Below are positions 37,301 to 49,034 of a DNA stretch of 64,000 bases, piece by piece. Both the position numbers and the translations under genes were made by a program. This DNA is from Laetmonice hystrix (taxonomy: Eukaryota). The notes beneath the pieces are model-generated. The model was not told the origin of the DNA, did no database searches, and was given only the letters and a program-made list of their open reading frames with translations. Each line of letters opens with the position of its first letter. Position 1 is the first letter of the stretch. The stretch spans positions 1,056,001 to 1,120,000 of the forward strand of contig OZ249436.1 in assembly GCA_965235115.1 (NCBI GenBank). The letters are read 5' to 3'.

Positions 37301-40300
37301 ACTGAATCATGTCGCCAAGCTGTCTCAACAAAATGACAACTACGGCTTCGCGATCGAGCATCTCCATCGCGAAGCTGGTACGAACGTGTCGCCACCGGTG
37401 GATCAGGGCCATTACTGTGGTAACCGGCGACACCCCATGGGGGGGGGGGGGGGGTGTCGTAGGATTTTAAAAAGAGGCGCAGGGCCACTTTTTGAAACCC
37501 ATTATGTGGGTTCAAACTTCAAACTTCAACATGGCGGAAGGAGGGCATGTGGTAGAAGTGAGAAGAGATAAGGCGCCGAAAATATACCACCCGCGTCTGG
37601 ACCCAATCGGCCACTTCCCGGTCCATCAGTTTCTAAGACGATATATAGAATTGATCGGCAATCTGCAGTGGAGCTTTGTGATGCATATGACAGAGGAGGG
37701 TAATGCACCACTGCACAGGACCCCAGAGGTGGAGGGGTTAACTGCCATTCAACGAATAAGTATATATTGTTTAATGTAAAAGGAAAGGTATGTAATGAAT
37801 TTATAACTTTAACATATCTGATAAATACCTATAGTGTTTCCAGCTGTTTGGCATGTAAGATTTATTAAAAATTTTAACATAATTATTTTAATGTTGGATA
37901 TCAGGAAAAAAATTAAATAAACTCTGGCCTCCTGAACTGTGTCACGACGCCACCCCTGCACACATATAATTCTTGTCTTGCTGTAAAATAATGACTATAG
38001 TACTAATCAACAATGATGAATTAAATATAAAAAAAAAAATTATCGGCTGGGATTCGAACCCCAGACTTCTGCCATGAAGCGCCTACACTCTACTACTGAG
38101 CCAACCATACACAGTGATAACTTAGGCCGATGTATTAGGCCTTTGTCATATCATTGTGTTATAGCAGGCATACGTCATAGGTCACGTGACCTAAAAATAT
38201 GTCTATTGGTGTCGAATAGTAACTATGGGTCCAAGTTTACAAGTTATAGCCTTGAGAAAATATAGATGACCTCCTTATGACTTTAGAAGTCACGTGACCT
38301 AAAAAATAATGTATAAATGAAGGAGGATATGACTTTCTACCAGTGTTTACTAGGAACTATGGTTTTATCTTCAACCATTTACAAGTTACACCCATAAGAA
38401 AAGAAAGATCATATCCTTATAAGGTCTTAGGTCATGTGGCCTAAAAAATGGTGTCAAAGGAAAGAGCATATGCGACTTCCTATTAGCATTTAATAGTAAC
38501 TGTGGCTCTACGTTCAACCAGTCACAAGTTATCGCCCTGTGAATATATAGATTATCTCCTGATGATGTCATAAGTCACGTGACCTAAAAAATAATGGTGC
38601 CAAACAGAAGAGCATATATGACTTCCTATTAGTGTTCAGTAGTAACTATGACCCCAAGTTCAACCATTTACAAGTTATAGACCTCTGAATGTATAGATCA
38701 TGTCCTGATGACGTCATAGGTCACGTGACCTAAAAAATAATGGTGTATAATGAAAGAGCATATATGACTTCCTATACATATCTATAGTAAGTTTGACTCT
38801 ATCTTGCACCTTTGTTGAGTTATAGCCCTATATTCAGACCCATGTTCGAGGTCACGTGACTTCCTCAATACCATCGTTACGTTACATGTCGTGGAATCGT
38901 GCGACACTACAACTATATTTTTGACGACAGCACCTGCGACGTTTACAAGTGTCGGACGACAAAATCGTCGATTTATGTACTAACTTCATTTGTTGTGGAC
39001 GATATTTTTTATGAAACGAAATGAACGACAGGTCGGGCGAAGATCGTCCAGCCAGTGTCGTCAACGTCCGACAATGACGACTAACGACACCAGTTTATGA
39101 AACACCCCCATGGTCAAGTAATGGTAAGTTTTGCATTTCCGTCATCAATTAACTGTGGAGATCAACTCGTCAATAAGTATTTTTGGTATGCCCACTTAGA
39201 CGCAGTGCCCGTGCTGGGGTGTCCGACGCCCGACTCGGTGCAGTGTATGGAGGGTCACAGCCAGTGTTTTACCCGAGCGTCTACTTGTGTGTACGACACT
39301 CAGGTGGTAGACGCTAGTTCCGGTTACAGCGTCCAGATGTCGTGTCGTAACGGCTTCCACCTCCGCTCTCACTGTGGTACGACTTCCGACCTTACGACCC
39401 CGGGCACTGTAATGATCCTTAGGCCCTGTTCATACAGAAAGCGACGCGACGCACCGCGACCCTGGGCACTGTAATGGGACTTACACTAATACGATTATTT
39501 CCATCATTAGATCACAGATTTCTCCGGTAACAAGTAGAGTGCAGGCGATGTAAAAGGTTGTTTTGTATTCTGACAACACTTGGATGGATGATGTCTCATG
39601 CCAGAAATTGACAATCAACCTTGGAATTAATCCAGCGTTACTTTTATCTAAAGGTTCTGTTGATTGCCCGGGAATGTTCCACTGCCCAGGCTCCTACTGT
39701 ATACCGTTTGGTAAGGTTTGTGATGGCCACGTGGACTGTCCAATGGCGGAGGATGAGAGGAGTTGTGACAATTACACCTGTCCAGGTAAGTTCTAACTGT
39801 CCCTTGACACTGTTCTCCCGAGTTCCAAAGCCAGACCTGACCTAAAAAGATATTTTGACAAAAAGAATTGTTCATATCCATAATTGAATGTCGTTAAATC
39901 TCACACGAAATACAATTAGTTTCTGTTCGATTAATACACTTTTCTCGTTGAATCCGTTTTTCTCCAAGAAAATACCAAATAAAAATAATTACCAGCTCAC
40001 AACAAGGTAAGACGCGGTCTGTCATGAGAACATGATATTGCACTTCGTAATAAACATGAATCTCTAAATGATTGAAGATCCGATCAAGACTCAGTTGAGG
40101 ATGTAGACATTATAAATAGCTCCTATCTTATTTGGATGTCAGGTCTGTTCCGCTGTAAAGATGAACCTCACTGCATTTCCCACGACAAGGTTTGTGACGG
40201 GGAAATCCACTGCAAGATACATGGATCAGACGAGAAATATTGCACTGAAAAGGGTACGTGGATTTTAATTGCTGACGTAGTCAACATTTTCTAACGTTAT

Positions 40301-43300
40301 TATAATTATTTAGACCTAACCTTTTTCTTTCTGTCGGCAGATACATTGTGCAGCCAAGGTTGTAGATGTCGAGGTAATATGATATCTTGTGTCCACGCCA
40401 ACCTTACACATCTACGGACACCGAACACCTCGGCAACAAGACCAGTACGGGCCCTCTTACTCCAGCACAATCAGCTCAATGTAACACGACAAACATTCGC
40501 TGGAATGCATTGGCTTGGACGACTCGATCTCAGCTACAATAACATAACATACCTCGAACCAGGAGTCTTCAAGGACCTACGCAATTTGTTTGAACTCATC
40601 CTTAGTTACAATGAACTGGTGTCAATTGATCAGGGTGTTTTCACCGGGCTAAGGTCGTTAAGGATTCTTAATCTCCATGGTAATAAACTGGTTAAATTAC
40701 AGGCCGATGACCTTTCTGAACTTGTCAACCTGCAGCATTTGATCATCACCGATAACGACTTGAGTAAGGTTTCCGAGAACGCTTTCCTTCCCCTGACGAA
40801 CCTAGAAGAAATCAATACGGATGCCTACAAGTTTTGTTGCATTGCTAAACACGTCGACGTTTGTACTCCTGAACCTGATGAGTTTTCTTCCTGCGAGGAC
40901 CTTATGGCCAATAAGGCCCTCCAGGTGAGCATATGGGTTCTGGGGCTGTGTGCCTTTGTAGGCAATGCCTTCGTCATCATTTGGCGGATAGTCACAGATC
41001 GTTCAAAGGTTTCTTCTTTCTTTATAATCAACCTGGGACTATCAGATTTCTTGATGGGTCTGTACATGTTGATCATTGCTGCGGCTGATGTCCACTACCG
41101 CGGGACGTATATAGTAAACGCCGAGTACTGGCGGTCAAGCGTTGGCTGTCAGATTGCTGGTATTCTGGCCATGGTCTCCAGTGAAGTGTCTGTGTTCATG
41201 CTGACTGCTATAACGGCTGACCGTATGTTGAACTTCTTGATGCCACTGAAGGCGGGCAGTTTCCGGATGAAACACGCCCGTTATGTGGCGGGTGTGGGCT
41301 GGGGTGTGGGCATCATGCTCAGTGTCCTGCCTGCACTCGGAATCCCCTACTTCGGAGACGCCTTTTTTGGTCGCACAGGTACGTGCTCCTTGTGCTCTTT
41401 ACATCAGAAAACCCTTCTGGGTGTCTCACTGTCATCGACATGTAGTCCATGTTCTATCAACCTTTTTATTTAGTGTTATAAACAATAACCTTCTAGTATA
41501 CTTGGTTCAAACATGTTTGTGTGCATGCCTGTATCCAGGTGTGTGTCTCCCTTTTCACCTGAGTAACGAACGCCTGCCTGGGTGGGAATACTCGGTGTTC
41601 ATCTTCCTGGTCGTCAACTTCATCTCCTTCGTCTTCATCTTCGTCGGGTAAGGAAACTTGTCCCATACTCACTGAGTAACTCCTCGTTCTGTTCTAATCT
41701 ACATGCTTTGACCCTAGTGCTATCTTTGGCAGATACGTTGCGATATTTTGGATCGTTTCCAAGTCCTCCCGACAGGTTCAGTCAACCTCGGCTTTGGATG
41801 AGTACTCGCTGGCCAAAAAGATGGCGTTGATCGTAGGAACGGATTTACTCTGTTGGGTACGTGATTTCTAACGTATTCCATGGCAGAAGAAAATCTCAGA
41901 GGTCATTCTTTGACCTTCATATATATACACATCATTCTTCCACTTCAAGCAGGAATAAAAAGAAACTGCGTTTTTAAAAGTAGATAGAACCGGTTGATGA
42001 CAAGGCCCGTACTACGGAAGCCGAGAATGCTGAAATCAATGAAATAAAATAAAACACGCTTTAATACATCGCGCGAAAAATAAAATCTCGCGAGATTTTT
42101 TTTTCTCATGAGTATTATTTATCGCGCGATTTTTTAAAGACGTGTTTTATTTTATTTCATTGATTTCAATGGTAGCATTCTCGGCTTCCGTACTACGCCG
42201 TCACTTGTATTGTATTTATGCCATTGGCAGGTTCCTATCATCTTGATTGGATTCTCAGCGCTAGGTGGCGCCACTATTCCTCCCCAAGTGGCCGCTTGGA
42301 TCGCTGTGTTCGTGCTGCCCCTCAACTCGGCCGTCAACCCGATCCTCTACACCTTCTCGGCCATAGACTGTCAATGGTGGGTCCATTATTAAACATAATG
42401 TAGGCTACTACTAGTCGAATGACATCTAGCTTGCACCGGGGGATTTTTTTTCTGATTGAGCCCCTTTTTCACAGTTTCCCTCCCTTTCGAAGTCCGCGAT
42501 CATTCTGTCCTTGGAACCGTAAAGGTCTATATACACTGGCGCGATTTTTGCCACGAACTCGAGTTCGTCCGAAGTTCGTAAGGTTTTGCGAATTCGTAGG
42601 AAAGATTGCAGAGGTGGGAGCCAAGTCCTTAAGTGTTCGTACGATTGCGTGGAAATTCGCAAGCAGCAATGTGAATGGAGTTCGTTAGCAAAAGTCGAAT
42701 TCGTACGATCAACGACGAACGTCGAAAATTTCATCCTTAAGCTGTATCCTAACTGGACGCGTGCGACGCGAGCGACGCGCGCGTTTTTTTTAGAAGTAAT
42801 GGAAATGAATTGAGCCATCTGCACTGGCCGCGCGCGACGCGCGCGTCATTTTTTGTGACGCGCGCGTCGCGACACAGATAGGACTGGTTCTATTTTTGTC
42901 GCGCTACGCGCGCGACAAAAGACATCTTGACTAATCAGAAGTGAGATCTACGACCTTGAACTTTGTTCAAGAGCGTCAAGAGACTAATATACACCTATAC
43001 ACGCCTATACCCTACTCATTTTTAATTAATTTTAACACTGACGGTGTATCTCAGGGAAGCCCCGAGCTATTATGTAGGCCTATACCTCTAGAACTCTCAT
43101 TCAAGAGCATGAGCTTTAATTCGTAATGCAAACAATTATGAATTGTTTTCCTGTGCCCCCTCCCTCTTTAGGCTTTAGTGATACCCTGGACCCCCAATTG
43201 ATAGACGCGCATTTATACAGGTCTATATGTTCCCAGGCCCGTAGCCTATACGCAGACGTATCACGCGCATCTGGTGAAGATAGAAAAAAGATCGCGTCGC

Positions 43301-43636
43301 ACGCATCGCACGCGTCGCTCGCGCCGCACGCGTCCAGTGGGGATACAGCTTTAGTTCGTACGGCGATAAAGTTCGTACGGCTAAAAGGTTCTGCTTAGCG
43401 TGACTGGCCTTTCATATAGGTAATGTATCTTAAAATGTCGTTTGAGGGAAAAATACTTCCTAGGAAAAATAGTAGAATGTTATGAAGGATATTACGTTGA
43501 TCTAATGTCGTCTGTTTTCACTCATTTCATTCCCGCCTTATCGCTAACCCTGGACAGTGTCAGGAAAACCGAGAAGACGAACAACATCAACTCTTCAGTG
43601 CCGGGCGGCTACATCAATAAGGCGGTTGTCCTGTAA
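14672..43636 (+). CDS. GRL101/LGR-like GPCR, copy A (signal peptide-CTLD-EGF-5xCUB-2xCTLD-~7xLDLa-LRR-7TM), 35 predicted exons, ~2035 aa
   Basis: Hand-spliced exons: 14672-14729 ([19 protein letters not shown]), 16158-16379, 16859-17086, 17722-17844, 18009-18162, 19029-19166, 19570-19667, 19900-20076, 23860-24051, 24307-24500, 25154-25331, 26683-26838, 26988-27137, 27353-27493, 28163-28384, 28751-28854, 29039-29159, 29557-29768, 30188-30312, 30923-31173, 31521-31589, 32667-32935, 33311-33449, 33608-33727, 35104-35214, 35417-35539, 36535-36651, 39200-39376, 39654-39785, 40143-40253, 40341-41378, 41539-41647, 41733-41856, 42231-42376, 43558-43636. They total 6108 nt (multiple of 3) with AG/GT boundaries except two inferred GC donors. 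The motifs [19 protein letters not shown] and [12 protein letters not shown] are typical of LGR/RXFP/GRL101 receptors. Confidence 0.85.
15455..16056. mobile_element. MITE with a nested ggcggatcc-family MITE (15545-15966)
   Basis: gggggtccgtttct / agaaacgcaccc ends; inner cactggcggatccag / ctggatccgcctctg. Confidence 0.6.
16158..17844 (+). CDS. Copy A exons 2-4: C-type lectin domain (QPD motif) plus EGF domain
   Basis: Reads [50 protein letters not shown], then [28 protein letters not shown]. Confidence 0.85.
18009..29159 (+). CDS. Copy A exons 5-17: five CUB-like domains
   Basis: Reads [125 protein letters not shown]. The later domains are degenerate. Confidence 0.75.
18285..18813. mobile_element. 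Near-perfect palindromic MITE with TTAA target duplication (Kolobok/piggyBac-type target)
   Basis: ttaa|agggagccgtaaaattc ... gaattttacggctccct|ttaa, with ~240-bp arms and a ~45-bp spacer. Confidence 0.9.
19195..19385. repeat. (GA)n microsatellite
   Basis: Purine-rich GA run. Confidence 0.95.
20254..23552. mobile_element. Composite TIR element (Harbinger-like ends) carrying a minisatellite
   Basis: aagggcggattccaca / gtggattccagcctta ends, cagccga subterminal repeats, and an internal duplication at 23275/23440. Confidence 0.5.
21285..22932. repeat. 21-bp G-rich minisatellite, ~78 copies
   Basis: Unit gagtgatgtggggcagtgac(g/t)t. Confidence 0.97.
25860..26255. repeat. 33-bp minisatellite, ~12 copies
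   Basis: Unit ccatgtattaccagttcgttcagtctttccgac. Confidence 0.95.
27620..28203. repeat. 74-bp array of splice acceptor plus exon start, ~8 copies
   Basis: cctgtttcag|agaatgacagttgcc at 27720, 27794, 27868, 27942, 28016, 28090, 28163. Confidence 0.95.
29557..33449 (+). CDS. Copy A exons 18-23: second and third (degenerate) C-type lectin domains
   Basis: Reads [52 protein letters not shown], then [25 protein letters not shown]. Confidence 0.75.
30527..30798. repeat. ~95-bp tandem repeat, 3 copies
   Basis: ttacaagttcattgataacattg..gtgtcaggcgtgtt repeated. Confidence 0.9.
31711..32682. repeat. 75-bp array of splice acceptor plus exon start, 13 copies
   Basis: tctctgtacacag|cctgtcccagtggctg every 75 bp from 31767 to 32667. 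Confidence 0.97.
33053..33272. repeat. 72-bp tandem repeat, 3 copies
   Basis: tattcacattataggcaatgccagata.. repeated. Confidence 0.9.
33608..40253 (+). CDS. Copy A exons 24-30: LDL-receptor class A repeats
   Basis: Reads [98 protein letters not shown], with one module per phase-1 exon. Confidence 0.9.
33842..35168. repeat. 70-bp array of LDLa exon 5' portion, 19 copies (copy A)
   Basis: tgttgtag|agtgcgggccgggatactttccgtgtgaggacaaggccagatgtataccaatatctctg. Confidence 0.97.
35690..36546. repeat. ~74-bp hairpin-forming array of acceptor plus exon start, ~12 copies (copy A)
   Basis: ttgtgattggcgtggcactg gcag|tgggt cagtgccacgccaatcacaa. Confidence 0.95.
36796..39109. mobile_element. Composite TIR element with nested MITE, tRNA-derived head and ~140-bp ggtcacgtgacc repeats
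   Basis: gggggtgtttcataaaccggtgtcgttagtcg / cgactaacgacaccagtttatgaaacaccccc ends. Nested cctgatccaccggtggcga TIRs at about 36985-37410. Absent from the equivalent intron of copy B. Confidence 0.8.
38045..38103 (-). repeat. tRNA-derived SINE-like head (not a functional tRNA)
   Basis: Minus strand tggctcagtag (A box) .. ggttcgaatcc (B box), with no intact cloverleaf. Confidence 0.55.
40341..42376 (+). CDS. Copy A LRR, hinge and 7TM exons
   Basis: ORF 40346-41473 has an LRR N-cap CSQGCRC, LxxLxLxxN repeats, hinge [17 protein letters not shown] and TM1-4. The following exons give TM5-7 ([18 protein letters not shown]). Confidence 0.93.
42521..43411. mobile_element. MITE with nested MITE (42739-43352)
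   Basis: Inner TIRs agctgtatcctaactggacgcgtgcg / cgcacgcgtccagtggggatacagct. Outer ends are imperfect. Confidence 0.6.
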
Positions 43637-43854
43637 CAATCGAGCCAAGAATATTGTGACGGATCGAACTCCAGTCCTCACCCTCAGACATGTCTGACTT
43701 TCGATATCCAGAGGTCCAAACTGACCGGGTGCTGCAGGATTAAATCACTACCCTATCTTTTCACTATATCATCCTAGGATCAGAACACTCTAGAGTGCTC
43801 TAGTCATCTTTTCAGAACACTCTGGAGTGATTTTATACTGGGTAGAAATTGGAT

Positions 43855-44517
43855 ACTCCTACACTGGCATACCCGGCCGGTGTCTGGCCAAATTATGTCA
43901 TCTTAACTCCTACACCGGCATACCCGGCCGGTGTCTGGCCAAATTATGACATCTTAACTCCTACACCGGCATACCCGGCCGGTGTCTGGCCAAATTATGT
44001 CATCTTAACTCCTACACCGGCATACCCGGCCGGTGTCTGGCCAAATTATGACATCTTAACTCCTACACTGGCATACCCGGCCGGTGTCTGGCCAAATTAT
44101 GACATCTTAACTCCTACACCGGCATACCCGGCCGGTGTCTGGCCAAATTATGACATCTTAACTCCTACACCGGCATACCCGGCCGGTGTCTGGCCAAATT
44201 ATGTCATCATAACTCCTACATCGGCATACCCGGCCGGTGTCTGGCCAAATTATGACATCTTAACTCCTACACCGGCATACCCGGCCGGTGTCTGGCCAAA
44301 TTATGTCACCTCAACTCCTACACCGGCATACCCGGCCGGTGTCTGGCCAAATTATGTCATCATAACTCCTACATCGGCATACCCGGCCGGTGTCTGGCCA
44401 AATTATGACATCTTAACTCCTACACCGGCATACCCGGCCGGTGTCTGGCCAAATTATGACATCTTAACTCCTACACCGGCATACCCGGCCGGTGTCTGGC
44501 CAAATTATGTCATCTTA
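43855..44517. repeat. 57-bp minisatellite, ~11.5 copies
   Basis: Unit actcctacaccggcatacccggccggtgtctggccaaattatgacatctta. Confidence 0.95.
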
Positions 44518-46087
44518 AGCTGGCGCTACACTAGGCGATTCCGTTGCGATCACGTTGCAATCAGGTAGCGATTTCACGTTGGCTCCGTCGCCCATCGCAG
44601 GGTCGTCACAAACTCGTTGCAGCTTCGTCGCAAAGAATGAACATGTTCATTTTTTATTAAACGACGGTTGCAGCTGAATCGCACCGTTTTCCTGCTTGCT
44701 GCAAGTGTAGATCGCCGTCGCTCGTCGCAATGACGTATCAACTGGATCAACCAATCAGAAATCGCGAACTTGTCAGGTGACTATCCGTACGAATATCAAA
44801 ATGGCGGAGTTGAATGAGCATCGATGGACTGAGGATAGCAGGGTCGCAGCTAAACGTTCCTCTGGCGAAATTCTGGATCTGAAATGGGTGTTCTCTCGTT
44901 GAATATATGCGCGAACCTTTCCAACCAAACACAGGAAGTCGTCATGGCTCATTCTGAGCAGGTTCATGAAGGAGGCAGAATCTCCAAGTTTTAGTTTTTG
45001 AACCAGGTAATGGTATGCCCTCAGATCCATTATTTTTCCCACACTCTGGCTCGTTTTGGTTTTGGAGGTTCATCCTTCAAAAATATATTTATGCAGGCAA
45101 CACTCGGAAACAGATAATGTTGTTATTTGGGCAACACCCGTTTATTATAATATTAAAAATATAAGTTGGACAGTGAGCCCACACTGCACGCGTCCAACAT
45201 TAATTAAAGGTTTAGGACAATTAGGTTATTTCTGAACAGAAAGGGTGTCACCATCCCATTCTTGACAATGAGCCCACACTGCATTGTCGTGGGAATAGAT
45301 ATGGTAGAAAATTACAACTAACGGTAACAATAAGTAAATGTCCATGAATTGGTATTACTCTTGACAGTGAGCCCTCACTGCACCGTCTCGAAACCATTAA
45401 TGTCCCATTTTTGACAATGAGCCCACACTGCATTGTCATGGGAATAGATATGGTAGAAAATTACAACTAACGGTAACAATAAGTAAATGTCCATGAATTG
45501 GTATTACTCTTGACAGTGAGTCCACACTGCACCGTCTCGAAACCATTAATGTCTATGTTCCCAAATCTAAAAATAGGAACATTATCGTTAAAAAATATGT
45601 GTTAAAGGGTTAAAAATGTGTTGAACAGTTAAATGTGAGTGGCGACGCAGAGCCCATCAAACAGATGACCTAAGGCGGCAGGTGGGGCGGTGGAGGCACT
45701 GAAAACCGTTACCCTGCGTGTCTCGAAGAAAGTGGGAAGATTCAAGGACAACGTCACGGTCGTCAACCGGTTGCGGCATGATGCATGATGGGATTCGGCG
45801 TGACATAATTATTCAACACATGACCCAGAAAGTTGTTGCCATGACGGCACTGATTCAGACAGTAGGCCTCTCGTGTTTTCCTGCATAAAATTCGTTGAAC
45901 CTTCGGTTACAACGTGCCTGTAGAGATTGCCACTGCGGCTAGATCATCGAAATTCACATTTCGCGCCATGTTGGTTGGAATGGGGCAGCAAATCGAATGG
46001 GCGATCCACTGTTCGATCGCCAAGTGTAGCAGCATTGTAGTCGTCGCCAGCAAATCGCCTGTTGAATCGCCTAGTGTAGCACCAGCT
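44518..46087 (-). mobile_element. Internally deleted PIF/Harbinger transposon with transposase remnant
   Basis: TIRs agctggcgctacactaggcgattc / gaatcgcctagtgtagcaccagct. Minus ORF 44773-45042 ([37 protein letters not shown]) resembles the Harbinger transposase N-terminus. Confidence 0.8.
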
Positions 46088-46979
46088 TACGGCTGTGTCG
46101 CAATCAAAGGATATGGCGACTAAATCGTCGGAGAAATACCTCAGTTTGACAGGGTAAACATGGATGCATGAGGTCGAGTCGACATTTGGACATAATAACG
46201 TAGGATATAGGTCATATACTGAATACCTTCGTTTTCCCTTGTGAGGTAACGTTATAATAGATGTTAGCAATAGCAAGTGACGTTTTTCGTCATTGTTGTT
46301 TTCATGGTTTTTGTCTCTATAGATAATCAACCAATGTGTTGTAGGATCTGGTGGGTCACATAACTTCATACAGATAAATGGGGGTAAGACGTGCTGACAA
46401 CATGACGGACATGTGGCATTCAGGCATTCAGCGTGGGTCCAGACGATATATCAAGAATGGCAATGATCTAGATCTATATCTGTTGGAAGCATGTGGATTT
46501 TATTGACTCTACAGTGGCGGATCCGGGATTTGAAGTGTGTGTGTGTGTATGTGGGGGGGGGGGGGCGTAAATTGGGATCTATGAGAGTCAAAGGTTGTTT
46601 TCTTAGCCTAACTCATCATAAAGAAGTGAAAGGTGGATTGGGGGGGGGGGGGGGGGGGGGCTTAAGACCCATGGATCCGCCACCGCTGTGTTCAACATAC
46701 CGTCATCTATACTACAGTGCCAGTCAATAGCTTGATCATACGGCAATTGCAACTATTCCACAGATCTATCTACTTAGATCTATGCCTATAATTGGCAGCG
46801 GAATTCAGAATGCGCCGTGACGGAATAACAATGTTGCTGCCACCTTGTGACCTACGATGTAACAGCGGCCCCTGAACCCATGGTCCTGTTGATCAACGCT
46901 AGGTGGCAGCAGTGAGTGTCGCAAATTTGTCGTTTGTGCGTGGAGAAGGACGAATTTCTCGCGGCCCCCGATATAACAT

Positions 46980-48410
46980 AGCCTAAGGAGACCTCCTGCC
47001 CTAATATTTGTAGATCCAGCCTAAGGTGTTAGTGCCGCCATAATAGTGTGTAGATCCAGCCTAAGGTGTTAGTGCCGCCATAATAGTGTGTAGATCCAGC
47101 CTAAGGTGTTACTGCCGCCATAATAGTGTGTAGATCCAGCCTAAGGTGTTACTGCCGCCATAATAGTGTGTAGATCCAGCCTAAGGTGTTACTGCCGCCA
47201 TAATAGTGTGTAGATCCAGCCTAAGGTGTTAGTGCCGCCATAATAGTGTGTAGATCCAGCCTAAGGTGTTAGTGCCGCCATAATAGTGTGTAGATCCAGC
47301 CTAAGGCGTAACTCCTGTCCTAATATTGTGTAGATCCAGCCTAAGGCGTAACTCCTGTCCTAATATTGTGTATATCCAGCCGAAGGTGTAACTCCCGCCA
47401 TAATATTGTGTAGATCCTGCCTAAGGTGTAACTCCCGCCATAATAGTGTGTAGATCCAGCCTAAGGTGTAACTCCCGCCATAATATTGTATAGATCCAGC
47501 CTAAGGCACTGGCGGATCCAGGATTTCACTAAAGGGGGGGGGGCACAGAAAAGCAATTCATGATTGTTTGCATTACTAATTAAAGCTCATGGTCGTGAAT
47601 GAGAGTTTTAGAGGTATAGGCCTACATAATAGCTTGGGGTTTCCCTGAGATACACCGTCAGTGTTAAAATTAATTAAAAATGAGTAGGCTATAGCCGTGT
47701 ATAGGCCTAATTAGTGAAGCTAAAGGGGGGGGCACGTGCCCCCTGTGCCCCCCTCTGGATCCGCCTTTGTAAGGTGTAACTGCCGCCATAATAGTGTGTA
47801 GATCCTGCCTAAGGTGTAACTCCCGCCATAATAGTGTGTAGATCCAGCCTAAGGTGTAACTGCCGCCATAATAGTGTGTAGATCCTGCCTAAGGTGTAAC
47901 TGCCGCCATAATAGTGTGTAGATCCTGCCTAAGGTGTAACTGCCGCCATAATAGTGTGTAGATCCTGCCTAAGGTGTAACTGCCGCCATAATAGTGTGTA
48001 GATCCTGCCTAAGGTGTAACTGCCGCCATAATAGTGTGTAGATCCAGCCTAAGGTGTAACTGCCGCCATAATAGTGTGTAGATCCTGCCTAAGGTGTAAC
48101 TGCCGCCATAATAGTGTGTAGATCCAGCCTAAGGTGTAACTGCCGCCATAATAGTGTGTAGATCCTGCCTAAGGTGTAACTGCCGCCATAATAGTGTGTA
48201 GATCCTGCCTAAGGTGTAACTGCCGCCATAATAGTGTGTAGATCCAGCCTAAGGTGTAACTGCCGCCATAATAGTGTGTAGATCCTGCCTAAGGTGTAAC
48301 TGCCGCCATAATAGTGTGTAGATCCTGCCTAAGGTGTAACTGCCGCCATAATAGTGTGTAGATCCTGCCTAAGGTGTAACTGCCGCCATAATAGTGTGTA
48401 GATCCCGTGG
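46980..48410. repeat. 40-bp satellite interrupted by a MITE (47507-47769)
   Basis: Unit gtgtagatcctgcctaaggtgtaactgccgccataatagt. Insert cactggcggatcc..ggatccgcctttg is flanked by taagg on both sides. Confidence 0.95.
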
Positions 48411-49034
48411 AACGTGTAACTCCCGCAATAGTATGTAGATGTCGAGTATATTTTGTATCATGAAGCACGTACAGCGTGACCGAGTCAGAAGAACGACTCA
48501 CACACACAGGTCAAGAGTGATATGCCTTTATTTTATTTACCAACAATACATTTAACACCTTATATAAATCTCATAAATTAATAAACACAAGGAAACGTTA
48601 ACATGACTGTTGTTGTTATATGTAACTTTATACAAAATATATTTGTATAAATACATCAATGTACATTTGTGAAACAGATCATCTGTTGGGTCCCTTCATA
48701 ATGTCAACCTGTACATCACCGGAATCTCTGACAAATGAGAACAATAGACTTTATTTTAACCGATACTGCCATCACTGGAATCTCTGCTGAGAACAATACA
48801 CTTACGCATGAACGACATTTGGAAAAGTGATTCAATAATACAGTCAACAATAACAAATAAATATATATCGAGTCAGTTTTAAAAATTAAACTCCATCGAG
48901 CCTCCTGAGATCATTTCCTTTATTAAACTACAGAACGACAAATCAAGTAGCAATCTGAGTGAGGACACACAAAGCCGACGTCGACGTGCAGTGTACAGTG
49001 TAGCTCAAAATTAGGTTGATAGTTTACTTGCCAT

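Noticed and set aside
38045..38103. Possible tRNA gene
   Set aside because: A and B boxes are present but acceptor and anticodon stems are not intact; treated as a SINE-like head.
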